A stretch of DNA of 32,228 nt, from the NCBI GenBank assembly GCA_965246715.1, contig CBDFFH010000001.1, forward strand, positions 1 to 32,228, read 5' to 3'. This stretch comes from Chamaesiphon sp. GTDB lineage: Bacteria; Cyanobacteriota; Cyanobacteriia; Cyanobacteriales; Chamaesiphonaceae. Positions 11,925 to 21,327 of the stretch are shown here, piece by piece. A program made the translations under genes and the position numbers. Every line of letters begins with the position of its first letter. The first letter of the stretch is position 1. Under the pieces are notes generated by a model. The model ran no database searches, was not told the origin of the DNA, and saw nothing but the letters and a program-made list of their open reading frames with translations.

Positions 11925-11945
11925 GGAATCATGAATTACAGATCG

Positions 11946-11973
11946 CTATCCCCTATCCCCTATCCCCTATCCC
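11946..11973. repeat. Heptamer tandem repeat (CTATCCC)x4, STRR-like, between convergent genes
   Basis: Read directly from the sequence. Confidence 0.9.
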
Positions 11974-11977
11974 CTCT

Positions 11978-13438
11978 TTAAGCTACTCCAGCAGCCTTAC
12001 CATCCGGCATCAACCGATCGATTCCTTGCTTGACGACTGTTTGTACATAAGCAACTCGTTGGTTAGCTTGGAAAACTTTTTGAAGGGTATTATCCAAGAG
12101 ATCGAGATTCCAAGCTCTGGCTGGTTCAGGAGCAATGAGATCTTGCGCTTCGAGATATTCGATTAGGGTTAAACCAGCAATGTGGGTGAGATAAGCAGCA
12201 CTCAATCCTTGCACCAAGCCGCCAGCAACATAGGTCACTGCATTGGTCTTGAGCACACCTGCGACTGTTTGGGTGCAGAGTTCGACGAGTCCGAGTTTCA
12301 ACATCACATTTCCCACCGCACCAGCAGCAGCTTGAGCGTGGTCGATCGAGAATTTTTGTTGATAGATTGCGCCTAAATCGACGACCATTTGCGCGTTAAC
12401 TGCCGCCGTAGCGAGTAAATCCAGTGCGGGCACTGGATTGGCAAAGGCAGCAGCGGCAACGATCCACTGATTTTGGTCGATCGTTGGTAAAGCCCGATCG
12501 CGTCTGACTCTGTTGAGTGCGGCTTTTGCTTCAGTTTGCACGCTGGCGATCTGACGATAGGTAGTCGCCCAGACCAATTTTTCGCCCTCGGTAGCCAAGA
12601 CTTGAGTAAGCTGTCGATCGAGACTACCAATCTCGACAGGGGGAGTTTCTAAAGTTTCGATCGCACTGCCATCTGCTTGAATTTTGCGAACTTTTACAGG
12701 TGCGGGTGCGGTACTCGTAGTGACGATATCCTGTGGGGACAGGGTACCTGTAACTGTCGATTGGAGTTTTTGGAGAATTAGATTGCGTTCGTCGGGTAAA
12801 TAGCGATCGATTTGATTCAGTAATAAGATTACCCGCTGACGCGCTTGGCGGAGTGTTGCTAGATATTTATATTCGGTAGCTGTCAAATCGCCATTCGTCA
12901 GAAATAAGACTAAATCTGCATCGAGAGCGATTTGCTTGGCTTTTGTTTCGATCGAGCTAGCATCTGCACCACTGGTAAATAGCGCAGGCGTTTCTGTATA
13001 TCTGAGCGGCGTTGCGGAGGCTACTGGCGTTATGGTTAGTAGCTTCATCAAGCTACTCTTACCTACTCTTTGCCCACCTGTAATCGCAATCTGACGCTCT
13101 GGTCGGGTTAGAGTAGTCTTCGCTTGGGCTAATTGCTGTTTGAGTCGAGCAATTTGTGGCGATTGAGGACTTTCGAGCGCGAGTTGACCGATCGCTAATT
13201 CTACTCGATCGATCTCCCGATCGAGGACAGTACGATCGATCTCCTGGGGAATCGGTGCCACTTTAGCTTTGCTACCCTGACGAGAGTACCACCAATAACC
13301 GCTCCCAGCAGCGAGCGTGCCCAATGTCAACCAATCGCCCACACCCGAGAGACTATGGTAGGCGCTATCCAAGCCCCATAAACCAAAAGTCAGCCCAACT
13401 CCTCCTACCAAAAGCGGACGTTGCAATCGCACAGTCAT
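11978..13438 (-). CDS. YcjF/DUF697 family protein with degenerate P-loop GTPase domain
   Basis: Two N-terminal hydrophobic segments, GGQRVGKSS, ETPA, LLNQID, C-terminal ANPVPALDLLATAAVNAQM. Confidence 0.8.
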   Translation of the reverse strand: MTVRLQRPLLVGGVGLTFGLWGLDSAYHSLSGVGDWLTLGTLAAGSGYWWYSRQGSKAKVAPIPQEIDRTVLDREIDRVELAIGQLALESPQSPQIARLKQQLAQAKTTLTRPERQIAITGGQRVGKSSLMKLLTITPVASATPLRYTETPALFTSGADASSIETKAKQIALDADLVLFLTNGDLTATEYKYLATLRQARQRVILLLNQIDRYLPDERNLILQKLQSTVTGTLSPQDIVTTSTAPAPVKVRKIQADGSAIETLETPPVEIGSLDRQLTQVLATEGEKLVWATTYRQIASVQTEAKAALNRVRRDRALPTIDQNQWIVAAAAFANPVPALDLLATAAVNAQMVVDLGAIYQQKFSIDHAQAAAGAVGNVMLKLGLVELCTQTVAGVLKTNAVTYVAGGLVQGLSAAYLTHIAGLTLIEYLEAQDLIAPEPARAWNLDLLDNTLQKVFQANQRVAYVQTVVKQGIDRLMPDGKAAGVA

Positions 13439-13572
13439 AGATGCCCTCGTCAGTCTAATACTAAAGAATTATATGCTCGATTTCTAGCCTACCCGATCGG
13501 CGATCGACTAGATCGGGCGGGATACCGAAATATACAATCGGATCTGCGATCTCGATCGAGTCTGGCAATTGT

Positions 13573-13932
13573 CTAAGTTTTACGCCTGGTTAACTCGATT
13601 GTAATCCTACCGCCGAAGTCAGGAATCGGCGCGGCTGGTTTGTGCAATTTTAACTCTACTTGCTGCACGCGATCGTCTCTGAGAACAGCAGTTACGAGCG
13701 TATCGGCAAGTTTTTCCACGAGCGAAAATTGCGCCGTCGAGACGATCTCTTTCACATCAGCAATAATGCCACGATAGTCGAGCGTATCTTCGATCCGATC
13801 GCTTTTACCCGCAGTCACCAAATCCAGCGACAATCGTAGATCCACTTCAAACCACTGTCCCAACACCCGTTCCTCTTGTAAGTAGCCCGTATAACCGTAA
13901 CAGCGAATCCCGGTAAGTTGAATAACGTCCAT
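13573..13932 (-). CDS. folB: Dihydroneopterin aldolase
   Basis: YGYTGYLQEERVLGQWFEVD, DTLDY, LVEKLA and KPAAPI. Confidence 0.95.
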   Translation of the reverse strand: MDVIQLTGIRCYGYTGYLQEERVLGQWFEVDLRLSLDLVTAGKSDRIEDTLDYRGIIADVKEIVSTAQFSLVEKLADTLVTAVLRDDRVQQVELKLHKPAAPIPDFGGRITIELTRRKT

Positions 13933-14042
13933 AAAAAATCACTAAATTATCGATCGGCAAGAAATAATAAAAATCAATAGTCCCCTCTACATTACATTTA
14001 GACCCAATCTCATGGCAATTTGTCACGCGATCGATCTTTAAA

Positions 14043-14508
14043 CCAACATTCCGCACTTCAATTTTTGCGACAGATACTTAGATTTATTTGTTACTCGCCC
14101 AGCAAATAAACACGCAAGTAAAAGACGAACTTGCATATAAGAAGCAGCAGTCCTGTGAAAGAGGATTTAGATTTCTCAAAGACCCATTATTTTTTTGCAG
14201 ATAGCCTATTTGTCAAAAATCCTGAAAGAGTAGAAACAATGATGATGCTAATGGAATTAAGTCTTCTAGTTTATACGATCGGGCAAAGACAAATAAGAAA
14301 TAGTCTGAAAACTAGAAAATCTTCCGTAAAAAATCAATTGAATAAAGCAACACAAAAACCAACTCTAAGATAGATATTTCAGTGCTTTCAGGGAATTCAT
14401 TGCTTTAAGCTTGAGGGAACTGAAAGAATTGGTAATTTGAATGAAGAGCGGTGTCGAATTCTAGAACTTTTACCTGGAGATTGCCAGAAATACTATTTAG
14501 TTAGTTGA
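14043..14508 (+). mobile_element. IS1634-family transposase remnant (C-terminal part, frameshifted, internal stop) with a possible terminal repeat at 14043
   Basis: YKKQQSCERGFRFLKDPLFF / ADSLFVKNPERVETMMMLM...KPTLR*IFQCFQGIH; CCAACATTCCGCAC resembles IS1634 ends as I recall them. Confidence 0.82.
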
Positions 14509-14620
14509 ATTTTATCATTATTTATTAAACAGCTTCATCATTGCAATCTAATTAAATATTTTAGACCAATTAGTTTTTAAAGATCGGCAAAGACTAGAAA
14601 ATGGACTTAGCTTCGTATCT

Positions 14621-15331
14621 TTGAGTAGTCAGTCTAGTTATGCTTTTCAACCTAGCGACCTCCAAAAACTCAAAAGTACTGGTAGTTGTCAAAAATGCGA
14701 CCTCAGTGGTGCCGACCTGACAAACATCAAACTCAAGAATGCCGATCTCTCCGGCGCAAATCTTGCCAACGCCAACCTCACCAACGCCCAAATCATCGAC
14801 TCTGACCTGCGTAGCGTCAATTTTACTGGTGCAACACTTGTAAATACCAACGTCTACGGTACCCAAATAGCCATTTCTCCTCTAACCAAAACCCAGTATG
14901 CTGGACTTATTTTCAAAAAACCAGATGATGTAGTGGCACAGCCAGTGAAACCCACACCCACACCCATCCAAAAAACTGGCATCACCCCAAGACCGACACC
15001 TGCTGCAAATCCGATCGAAGACTCATACGTATCTTTGCGAAATGAGAGTGGATATGTTGCAAAATATACTCTTGTTTATATGACTAATCAGAATTTTGGC
15101 GGAAACATAGTACCGATACCTAAAACGGAAACAGGTAATCTTACACTTGGTTTTACTAAAAAATTGGTAATACCAAAGGATGCAAAAAATATTGTTTTTC
15201 GCGTTCAGGTAGTCGGTAATGGATCTTCTGTAATCGACAAAGCTTTACCAGTGGGTCGTTCAACTTGCTTTAAAGTATATGGTACCGTTTTCAATCCGAA
15301 ACAAGCTGAGAATAATTGCTCTTCTTTTTAA
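14621..15331 (+). CDS. Pentapeptide-repeat protein with Pro/Thr linker and C-terminal thiol-activated cytolysin D4-like domain; N-terminus probably truncated
   Basis: SCQKCDLSGADL...ANLAN repeats; LRNESGYVAKYTLVY, IPKDAKNI and FKVYGTVFNP resemble CDC domain 4. Confidence 0.75.
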   Translation: MSSQSSYAFQPSDLQKLKSTGSCQKCDLSGADLTNIKLKNADLSGANLANANLTNAQIIDSDLRSVNFTGATLVNTNVYGTQIAISPLTKTQYAGLIFKKPDDVVAQPVKPTPTPIQKTGITPRPTPAANPIEDSYVSLRNESGYVAKYTLVYMTNQNFGGNIVPIPKTETGNLTLGFTKKLVIPKDAKNIVFRVQVVGNGSSVIDKALPVGRSTCFKVYGTVFNPKQAENNCSSF

Positions 15332-15366
15332 TTTGCGATCGCTTTTAGCAGGCAAAGATTAACATA

Positions 15367-15408
15367 AATTACAATTCAAAGATCCTCATAAATCCTTGAA
15401 TTGTAATT
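15367..15408 (+). terminator. AT-rich hairpin after the pentapeptide gene
   Basis: AATTACAATTCAA...TTGAATTGTAATT, 13-bp perfect arms. Confidence 0.5.
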
Positions 15409-15547
15409 CTATTTCATGACATTCTATTTCAGGTGTACTTGACGATCGGCACAATTGCTTATTTTTTATGGTGACAACATTTCATGATACTTTTACCACT
15501 GCTGGAGGAATAGAATATCTATATAAATTACCTGCGATCGGGAATTC

Positions 15548-16096
15548 GTGAAAAATCTCTCAGATGCCGAACTCATCTCTAGGCTACGCTCTGGTCAAAA
15601 GCAAGCTATGGCTGTTCTATACGATCGATACGCAGGATTGGTTTACAGCATTGCTTATCGAGTTTTGCAAAACGCCCAAGCAGCCGAGGATCTGACCCAG
15701 AATATTTTTATTACGTTCTGGGAAAAGGACTACTTCAATCCCGATCGAGGCTCGTTAAGTAGTTTTTTGGGATTACTGACTCGTTCTAGAGCGATCGATA
15801 AAGTACGGCAGCGCACCACAACCAGCAGCTTTGTGGCTCGGTGGCAGCAAAATATTAGTGAAGCATCTACCACCCCTTCCCCATTAGAATCTGCTATAAC
15901 CCAAGAAACTCAGGCTAACATGCAGCAGGCTCTACAAAAACTTCCAGAGTTACAGCGACAAATACTGGAGTTGAACTATTATCAGGGCTTGAGTCACAAC
16001 CAAATTGCTGAATCTTTGGGACTTACGCCAGGAGTGGTCAAAAGCCGGATTCGACAAGCATTGATTCAACTAAAAACGCAGATCGATAATGGATAA
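15548..16096 (+). CDS. ECF sigma-70 factor (SigK-like)
   Basis: LYDRYAGLVYSIAYRVL, AEDLTQNIF, RSRAID and YYQGLSHNQIAESLGLTPGVVKSR. Confidence 0.92.
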   Translation: MKNLSDAELISRLRSGQKQAMAVLYDRYAGLVYSIAYRVLQNAQAAEDLTQNIFITFWEKDYFNPDRGSLSSFLGLLTRSRAIDKVRQRTTTSSFVARWQQNISEASTTPSPLESAITQETQANMQQALQKLPELQRQILELNYYQGLSHNQIAESLGLTPGVVKSRIRQALIQLKTQIDNG

Positions 16097-16121
16097 AGAC
16101 CAAGCTAGACAGCCTAAAAAT

Positions 16122-16865
16122 ATGAAAACGTCCCCCATTCCTGAATATATTCAAGAACTGGCGGCTGGTTATGTTTTGGATGAGCTAGAGTCTGACGAAA
16201 GAACCACTTTCGAGTAAATGCTGCTGAACGATCTAGCTCTGCGCCAAGAAGTTCGCGACCTGCAAATTGTTCTGGGCGGTCTGGCGATCGATCTATCGCA
16301 ATTAGAACCACCAGCTCATTTACGCGCAAAAACACTCGCAGCCCTGGGTATAGTTGATGAACCGATAATAGCTCCGAAAAAAAAGATTGACTGGAGCAAA
16401 ATTACGGCGATCATTGCCGTGCTATCGAGTTTGGCTTTACTTTGGGACAATATTCGTTTGCGGCAAGATCTCAGCTTTGCCCAAGTGCAAACTCCCGATC
16501 GAGTTGCCACTTTATTACAACGCCCCAGCAGTAAATTGGTATCCCTAACTAGCCAAACGAATGCGACAACTAGTGGCACTCTGTTATTTACACCAGGAAA
16601 ATGGCAACAGGTGGTGGTATCAATCCAAAATTTACCACCTTTACCAGCCGATCGAGTGTATCGGTTGTGGTTGAATTTAAATAATCAACAAACCATCTAC
16701 TGCGGGGAATTGCAATCTAATCAAAAAGGTAATATCTCTCAACCGATCGCACCGCCGCAAGTGCCACCGCCAGGGACAAAGGCGACGGGAATATTTGTCA
16801 CCGTCGAACAAAAAGATGCCCCGTTCGTACCAACGGGCGAACGAGTGATGTCTGGCACCATCTAA
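16122..16865 (+). pseudogene. RskA-type anti-sigma factor interrupted by in-frame TAA at 16215-16217
   Basis: MKTSPIPEYIQELAAGYVLDELESDERTTFE*MLL...; TM helix; LPPLPADRVYRLW and FVTVE RskA C-terminal motifs; an alternative in-frame start at 16089 overlaps the sigma stop. Confidence 0.85.
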
Positions 16866-16945
16866 TCGTTCCGCCTCTTTACTGTCACCAGTTCGAGGAC
16901 GGTATTTATGACAATTTTTCAATCCTCTTACAAGTACGGTACTTT

Positions 16946-18130
16946 ATGAACTCTCCCGCAGTAACCCCGAAGACCTATTGGCAGCCAGTGCTAGCGATGG
17001 CATTGATGCAAGGTGCAATCGTCGTGTGTTGGATTGTGTATCGGATGTATATTCCCGATCTGCTGGTGCAGTTTGGCTTTCCGAAAGATGCGGCAATTAT
17101 CATTTTAGCGATCGAGGGATTTCTAGCCGTAGCGATCGAGCCACTGTTTGGCAGTCTGTCCGATCGACAAAAGACTTTGTGGGGACTAAAGGCACCATTT
17201 GTCACCATTGGCGTGTTGATTGCCGCCACACTGCTAATAGTGTTACCAAGTATCGCTTTACTGGGAAACCCTGAGAGCTTTCTGCGGTGGATATTTATTG
17301 CTGTAGTAATTCTGTGGTCGATGGCGATGGCAACGTTTCGATCGCCCATGCTGGGGAGATTGGGCGAATTTGCCCACCAACGTGACTGGCCCTATGCTGC
17401 TAGTGTGTTAACACTGGTTGGCACGATCGCGGGTAGCCTCGCATTACCTGCGGCTAAACAAATTGTCAAAGGACTGGGTGCCATGCCAGCCTTTGCGATT
17501 AGCTCGATCGTTTTGCTACTCTCAGCTACGTTACTCAACTATAGTCAACCCGATCAAGTCAATACTCCAACGATCGCCGCAGACAAAGAGAAACCGTCTT
17601 TACAAAACCTGCTGTTAATTGCGCTGACTGGAGCCACTATTACGCTGGGCGTTATTTTGATGCAACAGCTCATCGGACTCATCGGTAAGGAGCAAGCACC
17701 CGTGCTGATGACCTTGCTGCTAGTTGTCCAACTGGCGACAGTGTTTCCCATTGGCTGGGCAGCAAAACGCTGGGGGAATATGCCAACATTGCTGCTGGGA
17801 TTGGCGTTAATGGCGTTAGGTTTTGGGCTGCTAATGGTGCCGATTCAGTTGGTTCGGTTCGGCGTAATTGTGTTGCTGGGTATCGGGATGAGCAGCATTG
17901 GGGTGGCAACAATCCCCTTTGCCTTGAAGATGGTGCCCCTGTCTAGAGGTGGCTTAGGAATTGGATTTTACTTTGGGGGAGCGGCACTCGCTGGTGCGTT
18001 GTTTAATACATATCTGTCTCAAGCAACCAAAGTTCCACTCTTTCCTGGCTGGGTTGTTGGATTAATCTCTTTGGTGAGTGCGATCGCCGTATTATGGCTC
18101 GGTAGATCTCGAATCGATCGCGCTAATTAG
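16946..18130 (+). CDS. MFS transporter
   Basis: About 12 hydrophobic segments; motif A-like EPLFGSLSDR. Confidence 0.85.
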   Translation: MNSPAVTPKTYWQPVLAMALMQGAIVVCWIVYRMYIPDLLVQFGFPKDAAIIILAIEGFLAVAIEPLFGSLSDRQKTLWGLKAPFVTIGVLIAATLLIVLPSIALLGNPESFLRWIFIAVVILWSMAMATFRSPMLGRLGEFAHQRDWPYAASVLTLVGTIAGSLALPAAKQIVKGLGAMPAFAISSIVLLLSATLLNYSQPDQVNTPTIAADKEKPSLQNLLLIALTGATITLGVILMQQLIGLIGKEQAPVLMTLLLVVQLATVFPIGWAAKRWGNMPTLLLGLALMALGFGLLMVPIQLVRFGVIVLLGIGMSSIGVATIPFALKMVPLSRGGLGIGFYFGGAALAGALFNTYLSQATKVPLFPGWVVGLISLVSAIAVLWLGRSRIDRAN

Positions 18131-18144
18131 TCAATTCGGGTTAA

Positions 18145-18449
18145 GAGGATGTTTGGAAATACGGATACAGGTATTAATTAGACCCGATCCGCCCCCTGTC
18201 TTGTCGCGATTATATGTGCGGGGGAACCCCGCCCAGATCGCGCCGCTAAATCCCCCTGCTTGGTGCGCTGTCTTGATTGAAACGCACGCTGTAGACGAGC
18301 GAAGCGAGGCGTGTCGCCAGACGGAGACCTCAGCGCGATTTCAATCGCTGCTTGGTGCAGTTGCATGGTCGGGGAACCCGACCGCACTGCACCGCTTTTT
18401 ACGTCGGGGAACAAAGGCGTGCGCGCATCCGCAATTCTGGGGGACTTTC
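18145..18449. mobile_element. Partial MITE (left TIR GAGGATGTTTGG) with a REP-like core and four nested mini-elements
   Basis: TIR matches 27396 and 28614; core GCCCC|CTAAATCCCC|CAATTCTGGGGGACTTT is split by inserts at 18196-18245 and 18256-18431. Confidence 0.75.
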
Positions 18450-18507
18450 TATTCTTAGGAAGTGATTTGTTGCCTAAAAACCTTGCCTAGCTTGAGATCT
18501 AACCCAA

Positions 18508-18554
18508 TGGATGTACCCCGACTCGAACGGGGGATCTTATCGATGTCAACGATG
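18508..18554 (-). other. 3' fragment of tRNA-Val(GAC); probable att site of an integrative element
   Basis: Minus strand ATCG-TTGACAT-CGAT anticodon arm, CCCCG-TTCGAGT-CGGGG T-arm and TACATCCA acceptor; no 5' acceptor strand or D-arm. Confidence 0.82.
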
Positions 18555-18711
18555 CAGCTCGTTTTCTGAAAGATAAACAGTGTAAAGCTTATAGCTTTCT
18601 CGCAAATGAATGTTGGGTGAAACGTTGGGTAAACCTTTCAATCCAGCTGTGAAATCTACAGTTTTGGTGCTATGGATAGTATCGGAAACAGGTACTTAAC
18701 AAAGATGGCAG

Positions 18712-19209
18712 TCATTCGATCGAACCGCCCAGCTTCTCAATCTCGACCATCGAAACATAGAGTTTCATCGGATCGTCGGGAAAGTCGATGAAACCGTAAT
18801 CTTTATAACTGATGGCATCAACCACCATCGCTACCGCAGCTAATCGATCTGACAATTGAAGACATCGTTTCATCGCGTCGAGTAATAAGAATCCCCCATA
18901 TCCCTTGCCCTGATACCCTGAATCAACAGCCAATCGTCCGAGTAGAACCGCTGGTAGTAGCGGGTATCTGGGTAACTTCTTGGCGGTTGATTCATCAAGT
19001 TCGGTTGAAGCGATCGAGTAAGAAGATAGGCAATAGTATCCCAATACTTGACGTTCTGGTGAGTCGGTCAGTATATAAGGTGTAGATACCCGCTTCTTTA
19101 ATTCCTGAGATGCCCTATTCTTGATGTAATCATCCAAACTATCTACCCCGCAGGTAAACGACGATCGATCGTGCTTCTTACTATCGAGTAAGTCAATACT
19201 CAGAGACAT
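18712..19209 (-). pseudogene. GNAT-family toxin (AtaT/TacT-like) with a probable in-frame deletion
   Basis: HDRSSFTCGVDSLDDYI, LLGRLAVD and QGKGYG; VDAI-SYKDYGF lacks the usual NxxAxxFY segment. Confidence 0.75.
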
Positions 19210-19441
19210 TGCTGAATTCCTGCTTATACCGAATAGCCGCGTCTTTAAGTTTCTGGTGTGGCTCCTTTGGGTTCAGAATAGCATCAGCAAAAGCTCTACT
19301 ACCCTCCGCACTGAGTTTTAAGACGCTGTGATTTGCGATCGTACTATCCGCCGCCTCTCTTGCGCTTTTTACCAGAAACTCACATAGGGTAATATTTTCG
19401 ATGTCCGCTGCTGTCTGAAACATCGCTTTTAATTCTGGTGT
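19193..19441 (-). pseudogene. DUF1778 (RHH) antitoxin, 5'-truncated
   Basis: PELKAMFQTAADIENITLCEFLVKSAREAA...LKLSAEGSRAFADAILNPKEP; N-terminal beta-strand absent; overlaps the toxin start. Confidence 0.75.
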
Positions 19442-19510
19442 CTGGTTCAGATTCAGCGATCGAATTAGCTGCTGATACGATCGAGGGAAAGCGATCGCCC
19501 AAAATACCAC

Positions 19511-20797
19511 TCAACTCGATCGATCCAGTTTTAGAAAGTGTCCTAATAGGTACAGCGAGCCACACAAAACCAGTTGATGCGTGTTGTTGCTAGTTGCGGC
19601 GGCTGTTAAGCCAGCGGTTAAATCTGCATGAGTATTTAGTGACTCTAAATCGGGACAGATCGATCGAGCTAAATCTGCTAATAATATTGGATCGGCGGAA
19701 CTATGCCCAGGAACTGGTACGAGGTACAATCGATCGCCAGGTCTGAGTAATGCTTGGAATATTTCTCGATGTGCTTTAGTCGAGAGCATCCCGATTACCC
19801 AACTAATCGGCGAATTTAAGGTATCGATATATTCTCGCAAGGCAATCGCGGCAGCAGTATTGTGAGCGCCATCGATGAGTAGTTGATGCCCTTGCCAAGT
19901 AATTTGTTGGATGCGTCCCAACCAGCGGGTATTTGCCATCCCCGCGCCGATCTCATCATTGCTAATTTGCCATCCAGCTTGGCGTAAGATCCCAATTGTG
20001 GCGATCGCAATCGCGGAATTGGTTAATTGCATCTTACCTAATAAAGCGAGCGGATACTCAACACCGTCAAATTCTGCCCAGGACGGATGTGATGATTCGG
20101 CAGTGAATTTGGGTGGAGATATCTTGACGGCAGGTTTAACCCAGACTGCGGGGCAGTTTAAAGTGGCGATCCGCTCTTTGACTACGGTTGTTGCTTCGGG
20201 TGGGAGAGTGCCGATAATTGCTGGACAGTGGGGTTTGAGAATTCCGGCTTTTTCACCAGCAATTTTGGCGATCGTATCGCCGAGTTGTTGCCAGTGTTCG
20301 ATCGAGATCGAGGTGATGACAGTGGCTAAAGGTCGATCGCACACATTTGTAGCATCCAATCTCCCACCCAAGCCGACTTCAATGACGGCAATATCCACCC
20401 GTGACTCGGCAAAATACAACCACATGGCAGCAGTGACGATTTCAAACTGAGTCGGGGTCGGTTGTGTGGGATCGATCGCGGATATTACTCGATCGAGGAT
20501 ACTCACCGCTACCTCGGTACCAATCGGCTCGCTGTTAATACAAATCCGTTCGTTCCAGTCTAATAAGTGCGGCGATGTATAGCGACCGACTTGATAACCA
20601 GCGGCACTCAAAATGCTTGAGAGATAGGCACATACCGAACCCTTGCCATTCGTCCCTGCTACATGGACGATCGGAACGGAGGTATGCGGCGAACCCAGTG
20701 CCGCGAGTAATGTCTGGATGCGGCTGAGTCCTAAATTTACGCCGAATTGATGAAATGGTGCGAGGAGTGTATCGATAGCTGAAGATGTGTCGGTCAC
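19511..20797 (-). CDS. folC: Folylpolyglutamate synthase / dihydrofolate synthase
   Basis: HVAGTNGKGS, YTSPHL, EVGLGGRLDATN, IDGAHN and CGSLYL; GTG at 20797 preferred over 20881. Confidence 0.95.
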   Translation of the reverse strand: MTDTSSAIDTLLAPFHQFGVNLGLSRIQTLLAALGSPHTSVPIVHVAGTNGKGSVCAYLSSILSAAGYQVGRYTSPHLLDWNERICINSEPIGTEVAVSILDRVISAIDPTQPTPTQFEIVTAAMWLYFAESRVDIAVIEVGLGGRLDATNVCDRPLATVITSISIEHWQQLGDTIAKIAGEKAGILKPHCPAIIGTLPPEATTVVKERIATLNCPAVWVKPAVKISPPKFTAESSHPSWAEFDGVEYPLALLGKMQLTNSAIAIATIGILRQAGWQISNDEIGAGMANTRWLGRIQQITWQGHQLLIDGAHNTAAAIALREYIDTLNSPISWVIGMLSTKAHREIFQALLRPGDRLYLVPVPGHSSADPILLADLARSICPDLESLNTHADLTAGLTAAATSNNTHQLVLCGSLYLLGHFLKLDRSS

Positions 20798-21327
20798 GAT
20801 CGGGATGTTGCAGTGGAGAAGTTGCTCAAATATACCGGAACGCGCGATCGACAGCAAATTTGAGATGTAGATGTCTGGCAAATAAATTTACTATGACTAA
20901 CAGCCAACCAATGTGCGTAGGCACACTTTGTTTGTGTAGCCGCGAATTTATTCGCCGACTGGTCAGCCGTTTGATACTAGACGGCTGCTAGATCCAATAT
21001 CGCGATTTCTGTATTATCTAGTACCTATTCATCTATTTATTTTACATAAACATGTTATAAAACAGGTTCGATCTTCGCTAGAACAACGGTTGATTTGTAT
21101 AAGATGTTTGAGAACTCTTCAAATCTTTAAGATTGTTAATCTCCGATCGGGATATTTTCTTGAAAGAATTAAAAAGTAAAAATTAAGTTTTATTGAATTC
21201 TCGATTGAGTCAAACAATTTATACAGGAATTAAAACATCTATCTGTAAATCTAGATCTCAGAGAACAAAAATTCTCGCTATTCCATGTTTAGAGATCCTG
21301 TAAATTTACACGAGAGCAATACTGAAT

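Noticed and set aside
18078..18458. ORFs 18078-18458 and 18178-18414
   Set aside because: Same repeat-derived artefact
18508..18580. Functional tRNA-Val
   Set aside because: 5' acceptor strand and D-arm are missing
19442..19510. ORF-track N-terminus of the antitoxin (MVFWAIAF...)
   Set aside because: HIP1-rich folC downstream sequence with no DUF1778 similarity; fortuitous extension
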